Assembly: GCF_009914755.1 (NCBI RefSeq)
Contig: NC_060930.1
Length of the DNA stretch: 64,000 nucleotides
Reading direction: 5' to 3' (one strand)
Origin: the human T2T-CHM13v2.0 reference genome, Homo sapiens
Shown: piece by piece, positions 1 through 14,150 of the stretch
Position numbering within the stretch: position 1 is the stretch's first letter
How the letters are laid out: the number at the start of each line of letters is the position of its first letter
Notes under the pieces: generated by a model
What the model was told of the DNA's origin: nothing
Database searches by the model: none
Seen by the model: only the letters and a program-made list of their open reading frames with translations
Position numbers and translations under genes: made by a program

Positions 1-3000
1 ATCACATAGCTTTATTATTTTGGAAAAACATATCCGTTATGAATGGGGACTGGCTCTACACTAACCAATAATGTCTCCTAATTAATATCTGATCTGTTTC
101 AGCCCGGAAGGCAAAGGATCTTTTACCTTTATGTGCTCAGAGTGCCACACAGGGTTGCTTGGATGTAGGGATTACGCTGCTAGTCCCTAGCCATTTACCT
201 CCCTTTCACAAAGGGATTCTTTCTAACGTTTTCAGGATAGAGCAGCAACTGGAGTGAGGGTGGGCATGCAGGGGAGGGTGAATGAGGGAGGAGAGAAAGT
301 CTGCAAACAAACGGGCCACTTATCTCCAGGAGTCTTTCTACCTTTTCCTACAGCTGAGTAGCTTGGGGGCAGGTTGTCTGCCAAGCTTCCCTGGCCCGTG
401 TAAACACTCTGGCACCAGCTGGGGTTTGGAATCTGCTGAGTCTCTGCCAGCTGGCAACCTGGAGATGGGTCAGATTAAAGGAATGCATAATGAAGAAGTG
501 GGTGGGAGACAGAGGCTGTATTTACACAGAGGGGGTCTGCAGGGGTCAGTACGGCGCTAGCCAAAGGGGCCTCTGGAAGTGGAAAAATAGGAAGGGAAGA
601 GGAAGGGGTTTCAATGTGCCCAAGCACCATGCCCCACCCAACTGGCCCAAGACTGTTATGTTCATTTATTTTTTTCCTTTTAAAAACTGACTTCTTTGTC
701 CCCTTCTCAGTCCCCCACAGCATCTCCCAAGCCAATTACACACAGCCCTTTGAAAGGTTTGCAGCTGGCCGCTCGAGAAGGCTCAGCGTGATCAGACAAC
801 ACGGACACTTGATCTTCTGAGATCCCAATTTGGGAACGTTAACACGGAAACCCTAGCCACGTGCTGACAAGCAGGCCCTGGGCCACATTCTGCCCCAGAC
901 TGAGCCCTGGCAAGAGGAGAGGGCACAGATAGCCAGCAGTCTCAGGCAGCCATCCTGGCTTCCAGCCTTAAAGAGAGCGAGATTCCAGGCTCCTCCCCCA
1001 TGCAAAGCCCAGGGGGCACGGATGCAGAGAGGACAGCCCTGGGACAGGACCAACAGGCTCCCCAGCCCTTTCACTACCCCGAGGAGGCAACGAAGACAAG
1101 AACAGACTGAAATCTGTTGGGTACTTGGTGGCCACACCTGCTAGGAAGGCCACCTGCAGCTCTACTGAAGCCCATGCAAATAGGTAAAGCTCAAATGGCT
1201 GTACATATATTACTAAGAGGAAGCAGAAGGGAGAAAAGTGCAGTGAGGAGGCAAGAGACCTGTTCCCTGACAGCTCAGCCACAAACCCGACGGGCTGCTT
1301 CCAGCTGCTCCCATCCACCTCACTGGGCCTCAGAGTTCTCATGTTTTAAGGGTGTTCTCTGAAGTCCCTTTGTATCCACGGATTCTTCCCCATGCTTCTG
1401 TGACACGGCTTCACTTCCAGGCTCCCAGTGCAAGCCTCAGCTCTTCTTGCTTTCTTGGAAATCTCTGCTGTAGCAGCCACTTCTATTCCGGCGACACTCA
1501 GATCTACTTTTCCTGCTGAAATCTTTCTCCCCAGGGTGGGAGGTGGGAGGCTGCATCTTTACCTACATAGTGCATGATTAACTCCCGTTCAACATGCCAA
1601 ACCTGGTGCCCAGGAGAAAGCTCTATACTTGCCTATGTCCCAGGCTGCAGTCAAAGACTCCCCACCTTTCCTTATAGCCCCTTGTTGGCTTTTTCCTTTA
1701 CTATTTTATTAAATCCATCATTTCTACTCCCAATGCTGCTAAGAGCTTCATATTCTCATTTGCCACCAGCCTGTAGGAGAGACTTCTAACTGGATCCTCA
1801 GCCTCAAGACTCAAAACCCCTTCCTCCCCTCCCACTATCCATAGCTAGAATAGCCAGGCATATACACACAAACATACACGCACACACCACAGCCCCTCCA
1901 TTGCCTTCTGCTGCTTAAAGGATAATGTCTAACTCTTTAATCTGGCATTCCTAATCCTCCCTGCCTCTCCACATTTGATTATCACAACTTTCCAAACTAA
2001 TATGATAGTCCTGGATGTCCTAAAGGATATATTAAGGATATTATTCCATTAAATACTCTCCAAGATCAACAAATGTATTTGGTAGAGAAATATGTAACTC
2101 ATTAATACCATATGAAGGCTCTGACAAGTCCTGCAATAAAGAAACAGTAAAGAAACAGCCTAGCATTTCCCAGGGCAATCTGGCCCAGGAACCCTTGTGT
2201 AGCAGCATGTGTAGTAGCCGCTTTCTTTGATTCTCTGAATGTCCTTTCTTGCCTGCACTCCAGCCATCTGCTCTGCCTTCCATTTGTTCATCTGCCTTGG
2301 CTTTCCTTTGAGAGCCTGCTCCAGCCTCACCTCCTCCTTCCTCCTCCCCATTCTATCATCACTCCTCTTGGCTGCTTCCTCCTCACACCTGAAGCACTCA
2401 CTGCCTGTACCTCTTTGTTGAGAGATAGTAGAGCACAATAGTTAAGAGCCCAGATTTTGGATTCAGAAAGACCTGTGTCAAAATCCCAATTCTGCCCTCA
2501 CTAACTCTGAAATGGAGTTGTTCAGTTGCTTGGTGTAGACAGAGATAGAATCCATAAAGAGGACTATGGAGGGGACTAGTGGGATTAGAAGGTCAAATGT
2601 AGCACAAGGCCTAGCACATCACAGGTATTCAATAAATAACAATTAGTCATTCTTCCTCTTGTTTTTTATCATTGCTTTGTCATTTATCATTTTCTGGGTT
2701 CTCCTGCCCCTACCCTTTGCATAAATCAAGCTTAACAAATACGTGCTGATAAGCCACCAGCAGCAACAGCTCCATCTTCCATGGGACAGCAGGAAGACAC
2801 CCCAACCTGCCAGCCCTGAGCACACCATCCGCCCCAGCACACCATCTGCCCCAGCCTACCAGCCCTGAGCAAGAGGCTCTCCCAGGCAATCAAGTCCTAG
2901 AACTTCACAGAACCCCTCAATGTTACCACCCAGCCCTGTCCCCACCGCCTGTTTGCTTACTGCACCCCTGGGAAGGGATGCGGAGGCAGGGCATCCCACT

Positions 3001-3021
3001 TTGGTTTTGAAAACCAAAGTG

Positions 3022-3411
<390 letters not shown>

Positions 3412-3545
3412 CTACTGTGTTGGGGTTTAAATTTTTCAAATTTTCACCATTTCAACAACCATTTCACCAAAGGCCATTTCATCCATGTGCCTTGTGTAGT
3501 TAATGTCTAGAAGTAAGAAGTTACATTTCCACTTAGAGTCAATCC

Positions 3546-3792
3546 TTTTTTTTTTTTTTTTTTAACAGAGGGTCTTGCTCTGTGGGCCAGGCTGGAGTGC
3601 AGTGGGGTGCAACCACAGCTCACCACAGCCTCAACCTCCCAGCCTCAAATGATCCTCCTACCTCAGCCTCTTCAGTAGCTGAGGTACACGCCACCATGCC
3701 GAGGCTGGTCTCGAACTCCTGGCCTCAAGGGATCCTCCTGCCTCAGCCTCCCGAAGTGCTGAGATAACAAGTGTGAGCCACTGTGCCTGGCC
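3546..3792 (-). mobile_element. AluJ-like, internally deleted
   Basis: T-tail then Alu consensus; the central A-rich linker region is missing. Confidence 0.9.
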
Positions 3793-5047
3793 AACTTCTA
3801 GTCAATCCTGACTTGAGTTTTTCTTGATGCTTTTGTATCCTTCTCTGACTGGTCTAATACCCTCACTTTCACCTTCTGAGTCACTGTTCAAAAGGCTTCT
3901 GAAAAGTAACACTTTGATTTATGTTAGATGGGAATGGTATCTGTAAGATCCAGGGTGCGGGCTTCTCTTTCCAGCATCCCTTGGCTGTCAAGCCCCCTCC
4001 TCCTGCCCTCTTCGCTCTCCCACTTCCACCCCCACCCTCCACCTGTGCCCTGGCTTCTACCCCCAACCCACCACCTCTCCCCCAGCAGCAGGCTTATCAC
4101 TAATCCAAACTTTCTATTTTTCCATTCCCAAAACAAAACCACTTTAACATTGCCTTTTTCTGATCATCAAAATAATATGCATTTCATTAAAACAAATATA
4201 TATATATGAATAGACAGATATAAGCGTGGAGAAAAAAAGTAAAATTACTTGAAATCCTACGACAGAGAAAAACACTGGTGCTATTTTGATGATCATCCTT
4301 ACAGGTATTTTTCTATAAAAATAAAACACATCCAAACGTTTACAGAAAAAGGCCCACACCAATATGGTATTCTGTAAGCTGCTTTTAAAAAAACCATAAC
4401 CATATGTTTTGGACATCATTCTATGACACTGCATACAGATTTATGTCACCATTTTAAATTGATCTAACCAATCCCTTACTGGTAGGCATTTAGGACAACC
4501 TCATCTTTAAAAAATGCTAACATCTCAAAATATTTGGATATACTATTGAGTGGGAAAAAAATCAGAATTCAGCCTGTGCATTCTTATTACAACCATAAAA
4601 AATCATAGTGTCCAGGCACAAAAACAGAGTAAAAATTAAGTCAATTTTTTAAAGTGGAAGAGCTATAGGAGATCTGCTTATAAAAGTGGTATTTACACAG
4701 AAAAGAAAGTCCTTCAACAAAAACAACATGTAAAACGCAAAATCTCTGTTATTTTTAAACATGTTATGATGGTTAGGTCACGCCTCAGTATAAAATATTT
4801 CAAGCAGCTGATCTCCATTTAATTTAACCTCATAGTTTTCTTCCCAGTGGGAGAGGGAGACAGCACTAAGCAGTGCTGAAGCCATATGATCTTTGAGAAG
4901 GGACAAGGTGAGGGGTAATTCTGGAGCTTGTGGCTCTTGGGGGAGGGCATTCATGGGCAGAGCCGGGGGCTGGGGGCTCAGGCACGCAGGGAGAAGTGGG
5001 GCTCAGAGGTCACCGAGAAGCCCTCCGCAAACCCACTCAATCTGTAC

Positions 5048-5358
5048 TTTTTGTTTTGTTTGGCTTTTTTTTTTTGAGACAAAGTCTTGCTGTCTCGCCC
5101 AGACTGGAGTGCAGTGGCACAATCTCAGCTCACTGAAACCTACACCTCCCGGGTTCAAGTGATTCTCCTGTCTCAGCCTCCCAAGTAGCTGGAAGTACAG
5201 GCATGTGCCACAACACCCAGCTAATTTGTTGTATTTTTAGTAGAGATGGGGTTTCACCATGTTGGCCAGCCTGGTCTCAAACCCCTGACCTCAAGTGATC
5301 CACTCGCCTTGCCCCCACAGAGTGTTGGGATTACAGGCATAAGTCACTGTGCCTGGCC
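5048..5358 (-). mobile_element. AluS
   Basis: Full Alu consensus in reverse orientation; TSD-like CAATCTGTA on both sides. Confidence 0.93.
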
Positions 5359-5422
5359 CAATCTGTAAATTTCTTAACAGTCTTCGTGGGTCAGGCAGCA
5401 ATGTTTGAGTGTAAAAGGTATA

Positions 5423-5980
<558 letters not shown>

Positions 5981-8736
5981 GATATGTCTGGTGAGGAACG
6001 GATGCACCAGGATGTACAGACTGTACATAACCTATAATATGAAAATTAGAGGCACATAAAATGGCTGCTTAATGACAGAGACAATACTCATGGAATTAAT
6101 TAATTAATATTCAGGTACTCTGAACAAATACATTGAGTCCTTACTGTATATCAGGTTCTATAAGGATGCCATGCATGCATTATTCACTTATTTGGTCCTT
6201 TCAAAAACTCACTGAAGTAGGTACAAGAATTTTCAACCCCATTTTACTGACAAGGAAACGGCCACAGTTAAGTAACTTCATCATGTTATCTAGTTAAGTA
6301 CAGGAGTCGGTAAAGAATCAGACAATCTAAATCAAAGCCTGCACTCACCACGCATGCATAACACCGTATTTATAAGCCCCATGTGACATGGCAATGAGAA
6401 ATGGAGAATCAGGGTGTATGTCCTGATAAGGCAACTGAGCCTCAAATCTGCAGCCTATTTTTCCAGGGAAGAAGAGCCTGTGAGTTAATCATCATAATAA
6501 ACCTTTTCCAAAAGGAGCTCTATATACTATATAAGAATGCCCTATCTTTCACTTTCAAGAGGTCTCCATGGAAATGAACAAAATCAAATGTGACCTGGAG
6601 CCAGTTCTCTGCAATCTGTTTAGTTTTACACATACCCCTAATCTGGGACTTCGGCCACGTCACCATGGCCATTTTTTAGACACAAAATGAAGAAAAGGCA
6701 CTTAGGAGTAATCACAGAAGTCACTCCTAGAGGAAGCTGAGCTTGCAAGCTGAAGGACAGTATATTTAGCTTAAATATGATGACTGGAAAGTCTAGGATA
6801 CTATATTTGGGCAAACTGTTGATTTGGGGTTTGGTGAAGTTCTGGTTTTGGCAGCAGCGCCCTTCTCCTGCCCTACCCCCACCTCAGGCCACGTGGGCTC
6901 AGCTATAGAGCACAGCTCTCGCACAAGCAAAACCTGCAGACTTGGCCTCCCCGGGGTTCTGGGGAGCAGAGAAATTCCTTCAGGGATTGACAGGGTGAGA
7001 AACTACTTGCAATCAGCAAGTAGCCAAACCGGATGCCAGAAGAGAAGGAGCCCGGGAGCACCAGGTGGGAGCAGGCCCAAAAGCCCCCCACGTCCAGTCC
7101 CATAAGGAGTACCTCACCACTCTGGCCATCCTGAACTGTAACCACTGGTTTTCCTATCTGTCTTCCCCATTAGACTGAGCAGGGAGTGTATCTTGATAAT
7201 CTCAGAGCAGCTGCTCAATAACTGTGGAATGAACTGAAGAGTTCTGGAGATTGGTTGCACAATGTGGATGTGCTTAACACTACTTAACGGCACACTTAAA
7301 AATGGTTAAGATGGCAGATTTAATGTTACATGTATTTTACATAATTTTTAAGAAAACACAATAGTGACACTATTACAGCAAACAAAAGGTAATAGCACTT
7401 GGATCCTTCTAACACTCACTGTATGAAATCTGGTAGCGTGTAGGTGGAGTAATTTGAGTTTAGGAAGTATGGGAGGGTTAATTAGGTGACCTCCCATACA
7501 CCCTGTTAATGGTGAATCATGATTTGCTGCAACAAAAAGTCACAGAGCAATGGCAAATACGATCCCTCTATTAGGCTTTTCCATGTGTCCTAAAGAAGGA
7601 AGATTCAGAAAAATGTGTCAGTGGCTAGAGATGTGGCCCCAAACCCAACCACGAAATCACACACCATTAATTCCAACAAATATTTTTCCTCACACCCTTC
7701 TAGCCTCAGACCTTGGAGCTGGCACTCTTATTTATTAACAGAGAGAGAGAGAAATGGAAAGCTGTTCAAGAACCTGTGCCTTCCTTATAGGACAAGAAGA
7801 TGGCATTTCACAAAGTGGGATCTGTGGAATGTTACTATACACTACTTGGAAAGAGATGATCACAGACTTGAGAAATGGTGGATGGTACTTTAGTAAGTTT
7901 ATATGCTCTGTGAATCTCCAAGAAAGGGGGCATGGTAGAAAGAGTTCTGCACACTTCTCTGGCCCAGAACCCCCAGCCCCCACTGTCATCCCCAGGGGTT
8001 TCAACAGCTTGGACTCCACATCAGGAAAGATCAGTGTAACAGACGCGACGGATTACTTGGAATATCCTGAGTTCAGATCCTGGCTCACCAATTTACTAGC
8101 TGTATCATCTAGGGCGAGTGACTTGAATTATCTTGGCCTCCATCTCCTTCTCTTTAAAATAGAGTAAAGGACTCAGGCTGTGAAGTCAGACACACGGACC
8201 TTGAATTGTGGCTCTGGCATTGATGAGCAACGAGAGTCCTTAGTCTTTCTAAACTTCAGTTCACTCATCTGTAAAAAGGGAGGCACCACAGTATCTGCCA
8301 CACAGGCTGATTGTGGGGGCTGAATGACAGAATACAGGTAGAGTGCTTTTTACAAGACTGAGCACAAAGCAGGTAGTAAATACAGAAGACACGCTTGTTA
8401 TCTTTGATTCTATAAACTGTGAAGTGCTCTATAAATGCTACCTATTCTTTAAGGCCCAAGTCAAGTCCCATTCTTCATGAAGATTCCCTGATTGCTAGAA
8501 CCTAAACACTCTCTCACCTCTGGGCTTACCCCATTTTTAAACTATGTTCACAACAAATGTATCTGCACTGAATCATATGCCAATATGTGGTATTATATCC
8601 TACATTACTATCTAGTGGTTCAGACATAATTCTTATCTCAAGTTTTTTTTTCCCCCAAAACAGAATTGTGGGAAGTTAACTGAATTTAAAAGCAATATAC
8701 ACCTACTGTAAGAAAATTTTAACAAAGAAACATATA

Positions 8737-9040
8737 GGCCGGGTGCGGTGGCTCATGCCTGTAATCCTAACACTTTGGGAAGCCGAGGCAGGTGGATCAC
8801 CTGAGGTCAGGAGTTCAAGACCAGCCTGGCCAATGTGGTGAAACCCCGTCTCTATTAAAAATACAAAAAAATTAGCTGGGTGTGGTGGTGGGCGCCTGTA
8901 ATCCCAGCTACTTCGGGAGGCTGAGGCAGGAGAATGACTTGAACCTGGGAGGCGAAGGAGGTTGCAGTGAGCCGAGATCATGCCATTGCACTCCAGCCTG
9001 AGTGACAAGAGCGAAACTGTCTCAAATAAAAAAAAAAAAA
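8737..9040 (+). mobile_element. AluS
   Basis: Full consensus, A/GA tail, TSD AGAAACATAT. Confidence 0.94.
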
Positions 9041-9639
9041 GAGAGAGAGAGAAACATATGAAGTTGAAAGCTGAAGTCTTCCATAAACTATCTCCTAGAG
9101 AGATACCAATGTTGACAGTCTGCTGTGTATGATCTTTCCAGGTGTTGCCTGTGCATATATAAACATAAGGTTTCTTTAATTAAAATAGGCTCATCCTATA
9201 CATACTAATTTGTAATCTATTTTTTTTGTCAGATATCAGTCCATGTCAACACAGAAAGATTGATCTCATCCTCTTTTAAACAGCTAGAGTATTCCATTGT
9301 ATGGCTATACCACAATTTACCTAATCTGTTCATTGTAGGTGGATATTTGGGTTATTTCAAACGAAGTCTGCCGTTAGAGCAGGAGCTGTGTCCTGTGTCC
9401 CGTGTGTTTTGGCATCTCCATGGAGTTCACACTGTCGTATGAACTCTAACAACATTTGCTCTGAGTCACAGAGGATTACTGGCTCACAGTTTATCAAATA
9501 TAACTCTCAATAACCAGCACTGCTGGGTCAAGCCAGAATAATGGGCAATATTCATAATACTGGCCCTGAGCTATCACTCTCAGATCAAAATACAAGCTGT
9601 TCAATATCGTTTTGATGCTGGCTCCTTGCCTATATTAAA

Positions 9640-10850
<1,211 letters not shown>

Positions 10851-11319
10851 AAAAGGGATTATCAACTGGTAATTCCACTTTACCACTCATGTATTGAAAA
10901 TATATGAGATCCGACAGAATGTCAAGTGCTGTGCTGGGTACTACAGATACTATGGTAAGCAATGCCTCCTGCCCTCAAAGAATGCACAGCGAGGTTATGG
11001 AGTATGACGGGCTGCACATGATAAACTTGGGGGTCATCAGAACCATGATAAGGGAAGCACAGGGAGAAAGGAGGGCTTTCCAGAAAAAGTGGGCTGCAGT
11101 TTGAGGAATGAGGAACAGCTGGCCAAGTGAAAATAGGAAGCATGTCCCGAGTAACTTGTATGAGGTGCCAGAGGCAACAGAAACGTCACAGAGGAGCTGA
11201 AATATAATCAATAGGAGAGAGCCCCATGATCCAAATGTGCCCAACAGAGTAACTTTAAAACTCCAACATGTATTTTGCCTCCTGTTACATACCAGGCACT
11301 TGCTAGATGCTGAGAATTT

Positions 11320-11569
11320 TTTTAAATTATACTTTAAGTTCTAGGGTACATGTGCAGAACGTGCAGTTTTGTTACATAGGTGTACACATGCCATGGTGGT
11401 TTGCTGCACCCATCAACCTGTCACCTACATTAGGTATTTCTCCTAATGTTATCCCTCCCTTAGCCCCCCACCCCACCACAGGCCCTGGTGTATGATGTTC
11501 CCCTCCCTATGTCAACGTGTTCTCATTGTTCAACTCCAACTTATGAGAACATGTGGTGTTTGGTTTTGT
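11320..11569 (-). mobile_element. L1PA (PA6/7-like) 3' UTR fragment
   Basis: TTATACTTTAAGTTCTAGGGTACATGTGCAG L1 3' end; 14-bp TSD GATGCTGAGAATTT at 11306-11319 and 11570-11583. Confidence 0.92.
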
Positions 11570-11689
11570 GATGCTGAGAATTTAGCAGGGAGCAAGATCA
11601 ATGAAGGCACTGGTAGAACTTTTAGTATGTAACCATACATTTTCATGGGTATACAGTAAACAGTCTATGGCTAATTGATTCACTGACCT

Positions 11690-12660
11690 GGACATGGTAT
11701 TTTAAAAGGACCAGTACAATTTGTCAATATCTATCAAAAATACAAATGCAGTTAACGCTTTGACCTTATCATCCCACTTCTGGGAAAATATCCAACAAGA
11801 TATGCCTGTATACGTACAAAATGACATATGTGCCAAGATATTCACTGCTGCATTGTTTATAAGAGCAAAACACTGGAAATGACCCAAGTGTCCATCAAAA
11901 GGGGACTGGTTAAATGAATTAAGGTGACCCTGCACAATGGAAGACTGTGCAACCTTCCATATAAATGAGGAAATTCTCTGTGTACTGACATGGAAAGATC
12001 CCCCAGATATTCTGTTAACTGAAAAGGCAAGGTGCAAAAGTATAAATAATACACTTCATTTTGTATAGGAAAGGAAACAGACAGATAGACAGACAGATAT
12101 AAGGATGTATCTTATTTATAGCTTCTTGTATTTGCTTAAATAAACCCAACAAGACAAATACATAAAAGCCAATAAAAAGTGGTTACTTGGGGCCGGGCGT
12201 GGTGGCTCACATCTGTAACCCCAGGACTTTGGGAGACTGAGGTGGGCGGATCACGAGATCAGGAGATCGAGACCATCCTGGCTAACACGGTGAAACCCCG
12301 TCTCTACTAAAAATACAAAAAATTAGCCAGGCGTGGTGGTTGGCGCCTCTAGTCCCAGCTACTCAGGAGGCTGAGGCAGGAGAATGGCGTGAACCCAGGA
12401 GGCAGAGCTTGCACTCCAGCCTGGGGGACAGAGCGAGACTCAGCCTCAAAAAAAAAAAAAAAAAAAAAGTGGTTACTTGGGGACAGGGGAGCTAGATGAG
12501 AACAGGTGGGGAGGGACAGTTCTCAATGAATTCCTTTTTTATGTTTTTTATTTTTGAGTCATGTGAATGTATCACCTAATGGTACCTAATCAAAAACACT
12601 TATTTTTTTTTTTTTGCCACATGAATGTATCTCCTAATGGTACCTATTCCAAAAAAAAAA
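11690..12660 (+). mobile_element. Old L1ME-like 3' region interrupted by an AluY
   Basis: Diverged L1 motifs (ATATTCACTGCTGCATTGTTTATAA, CCCAAGTGTCCATCAA) and the terminal CATGTGAATGTAT..CCTA.TCAAAAA. Confidence 0.7.
12191..12462 (+). mobile_element. AluY with internal 24-nt deletion
   Basis: AluY diagnostics (GAGATCGAGACCATCCTGGCTAACACGG, GAATGGCGTGAACC); TSD AAAAAGTGGTTACTTGG. Confidence 0.94.
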
Positions 12661-13489
12661 AAATTTAAGCTTTAAAAGGCTAAGATTATAGGCTCTCTTA
12701 TCTGCATGCACATGCTAAAGTAGCCAGCATTCCTAATGTGCTCAAAAGCATCTCTTACTGGTTACCCGAGAACCCAAAAGAGACAGCAGGGATAGAAAAG
12801 CTTCAAATGACCACCAGCAGCAGAAAGGCAACTCACACACACACCATCCTGTGTGTGCATGGGACCATACCTGACAAACTCATACTGACTACGTGGTAGG
12901 TACAGAGGTGCTAGGGATACTGAGAAAATGTGAAACACCTCTTTCCTTGGGTCATGGAGGGATGGCTCACAGCAAGTGCAAGGAGCCATGCCCAGCCCTA
13001 CTGCCAGTGACCTTGCTAGTACAAATTGGAGTCACTCTCACACTGAAAAATCTTCAATGGCTCCCTATTACCTAAGCTGAGGACCAAACCCCAATTTTTA
13101 AACACCTCCATGGCCAGAACCCTGCCTGCCAGTCCGGTGTCACCTTTCACCACTTCAACCCTTAACCAGCCCCTACCCAGCCCACTCTGGCAATACAGAG
13201 ACACTTGCCATATTCCCCCTGCGCCCAAGCCTTCTCTCTGCCTGGAACTCCCTCTCCCCAGCACATCTGCCTGCCCCATGCCCCTTGAGCCTCAAGGAAC
13301 AGCCCAAACATCTCCTTTTTAAAATGAACAGTCCCTACCCTTCCCAGAGGGTTTATGCTCTCTTCCCTGACACACACACTGTACCCACCACACACAAGAG
13401 CAGCAGTGACACCATCACTCCCTAAGGACTCTCAACTCAATGGAAGCAGAATCTACACCTCTTCATCCTTTATCCCTAGCCCCAAGAAC

Positions 13490-14150
13490 AGGGCTTGGCA
13501 GAGAGCAAATGCTTGGTCCAAGTCTGGCTGAATGAATAAACAAGAGAAAGACAGAGGTGGGGAGAAAGGAAGAATTAACCCTCTCAGGGCAGAGGGGCTG
13601 GAAAGCGCGTTCTGAGCAGGTGGTGCTTTTGCCATATTTGAGGTGGGCCTCAAAAAAGAAATAGCAGTTATAGGATGAAATGGAGAATGAGATGACTTGG
13701 AGTGCAGGGTGCATGAAAAAAAGCAGAGAAGCATGAAGGAGGAGGGAATGTTCAGGGAACACAGGTAGGTTGGTCTGCAATGAGGGTCAGGGCAGGGACG
13801 AGGCCTGAGGGAGGTGCAGAGTCCAGGACAAAGGCTGATCAGATTGTGGGGAAGCTTTGAAGCCAAGCTAATTGCTCAGCCTTTAGGCGGGCATCTTGGA
13901 AGGAGTCTAAGTAGGGAGACCCATGTTCAGCTCTGTGTTTGAAGACAATCTGTGACAGCTATGAGGAGAAAGGATCAGAAAAGATGAGAGTGTGGGGTCC
14001 AAGTTAGGACCAACCATGGCCATTTAGGTGAGGAATATCAAATGCCCAAGCTAAAACAAAAGATCATTAGGGCGAGAGGAGACCTGGGGGCAATTCAGGA
14101 GGTAAAACCACTGGACTCAGTGAACAGACACTGGGGGCAAGGCAGGGGAG
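13490..14150 (-). mobile_element. L2-like relic
   Basis: Diverged purine-rich L2-type sequence (GAATGTTCAGGGAAC, TGTGGGGAAGCTTTGAAGCCAAGCTAA, TTCAGCTCTGTGTTTGAAGACAATC). Boundaries approximate. Confidence 0.5.
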
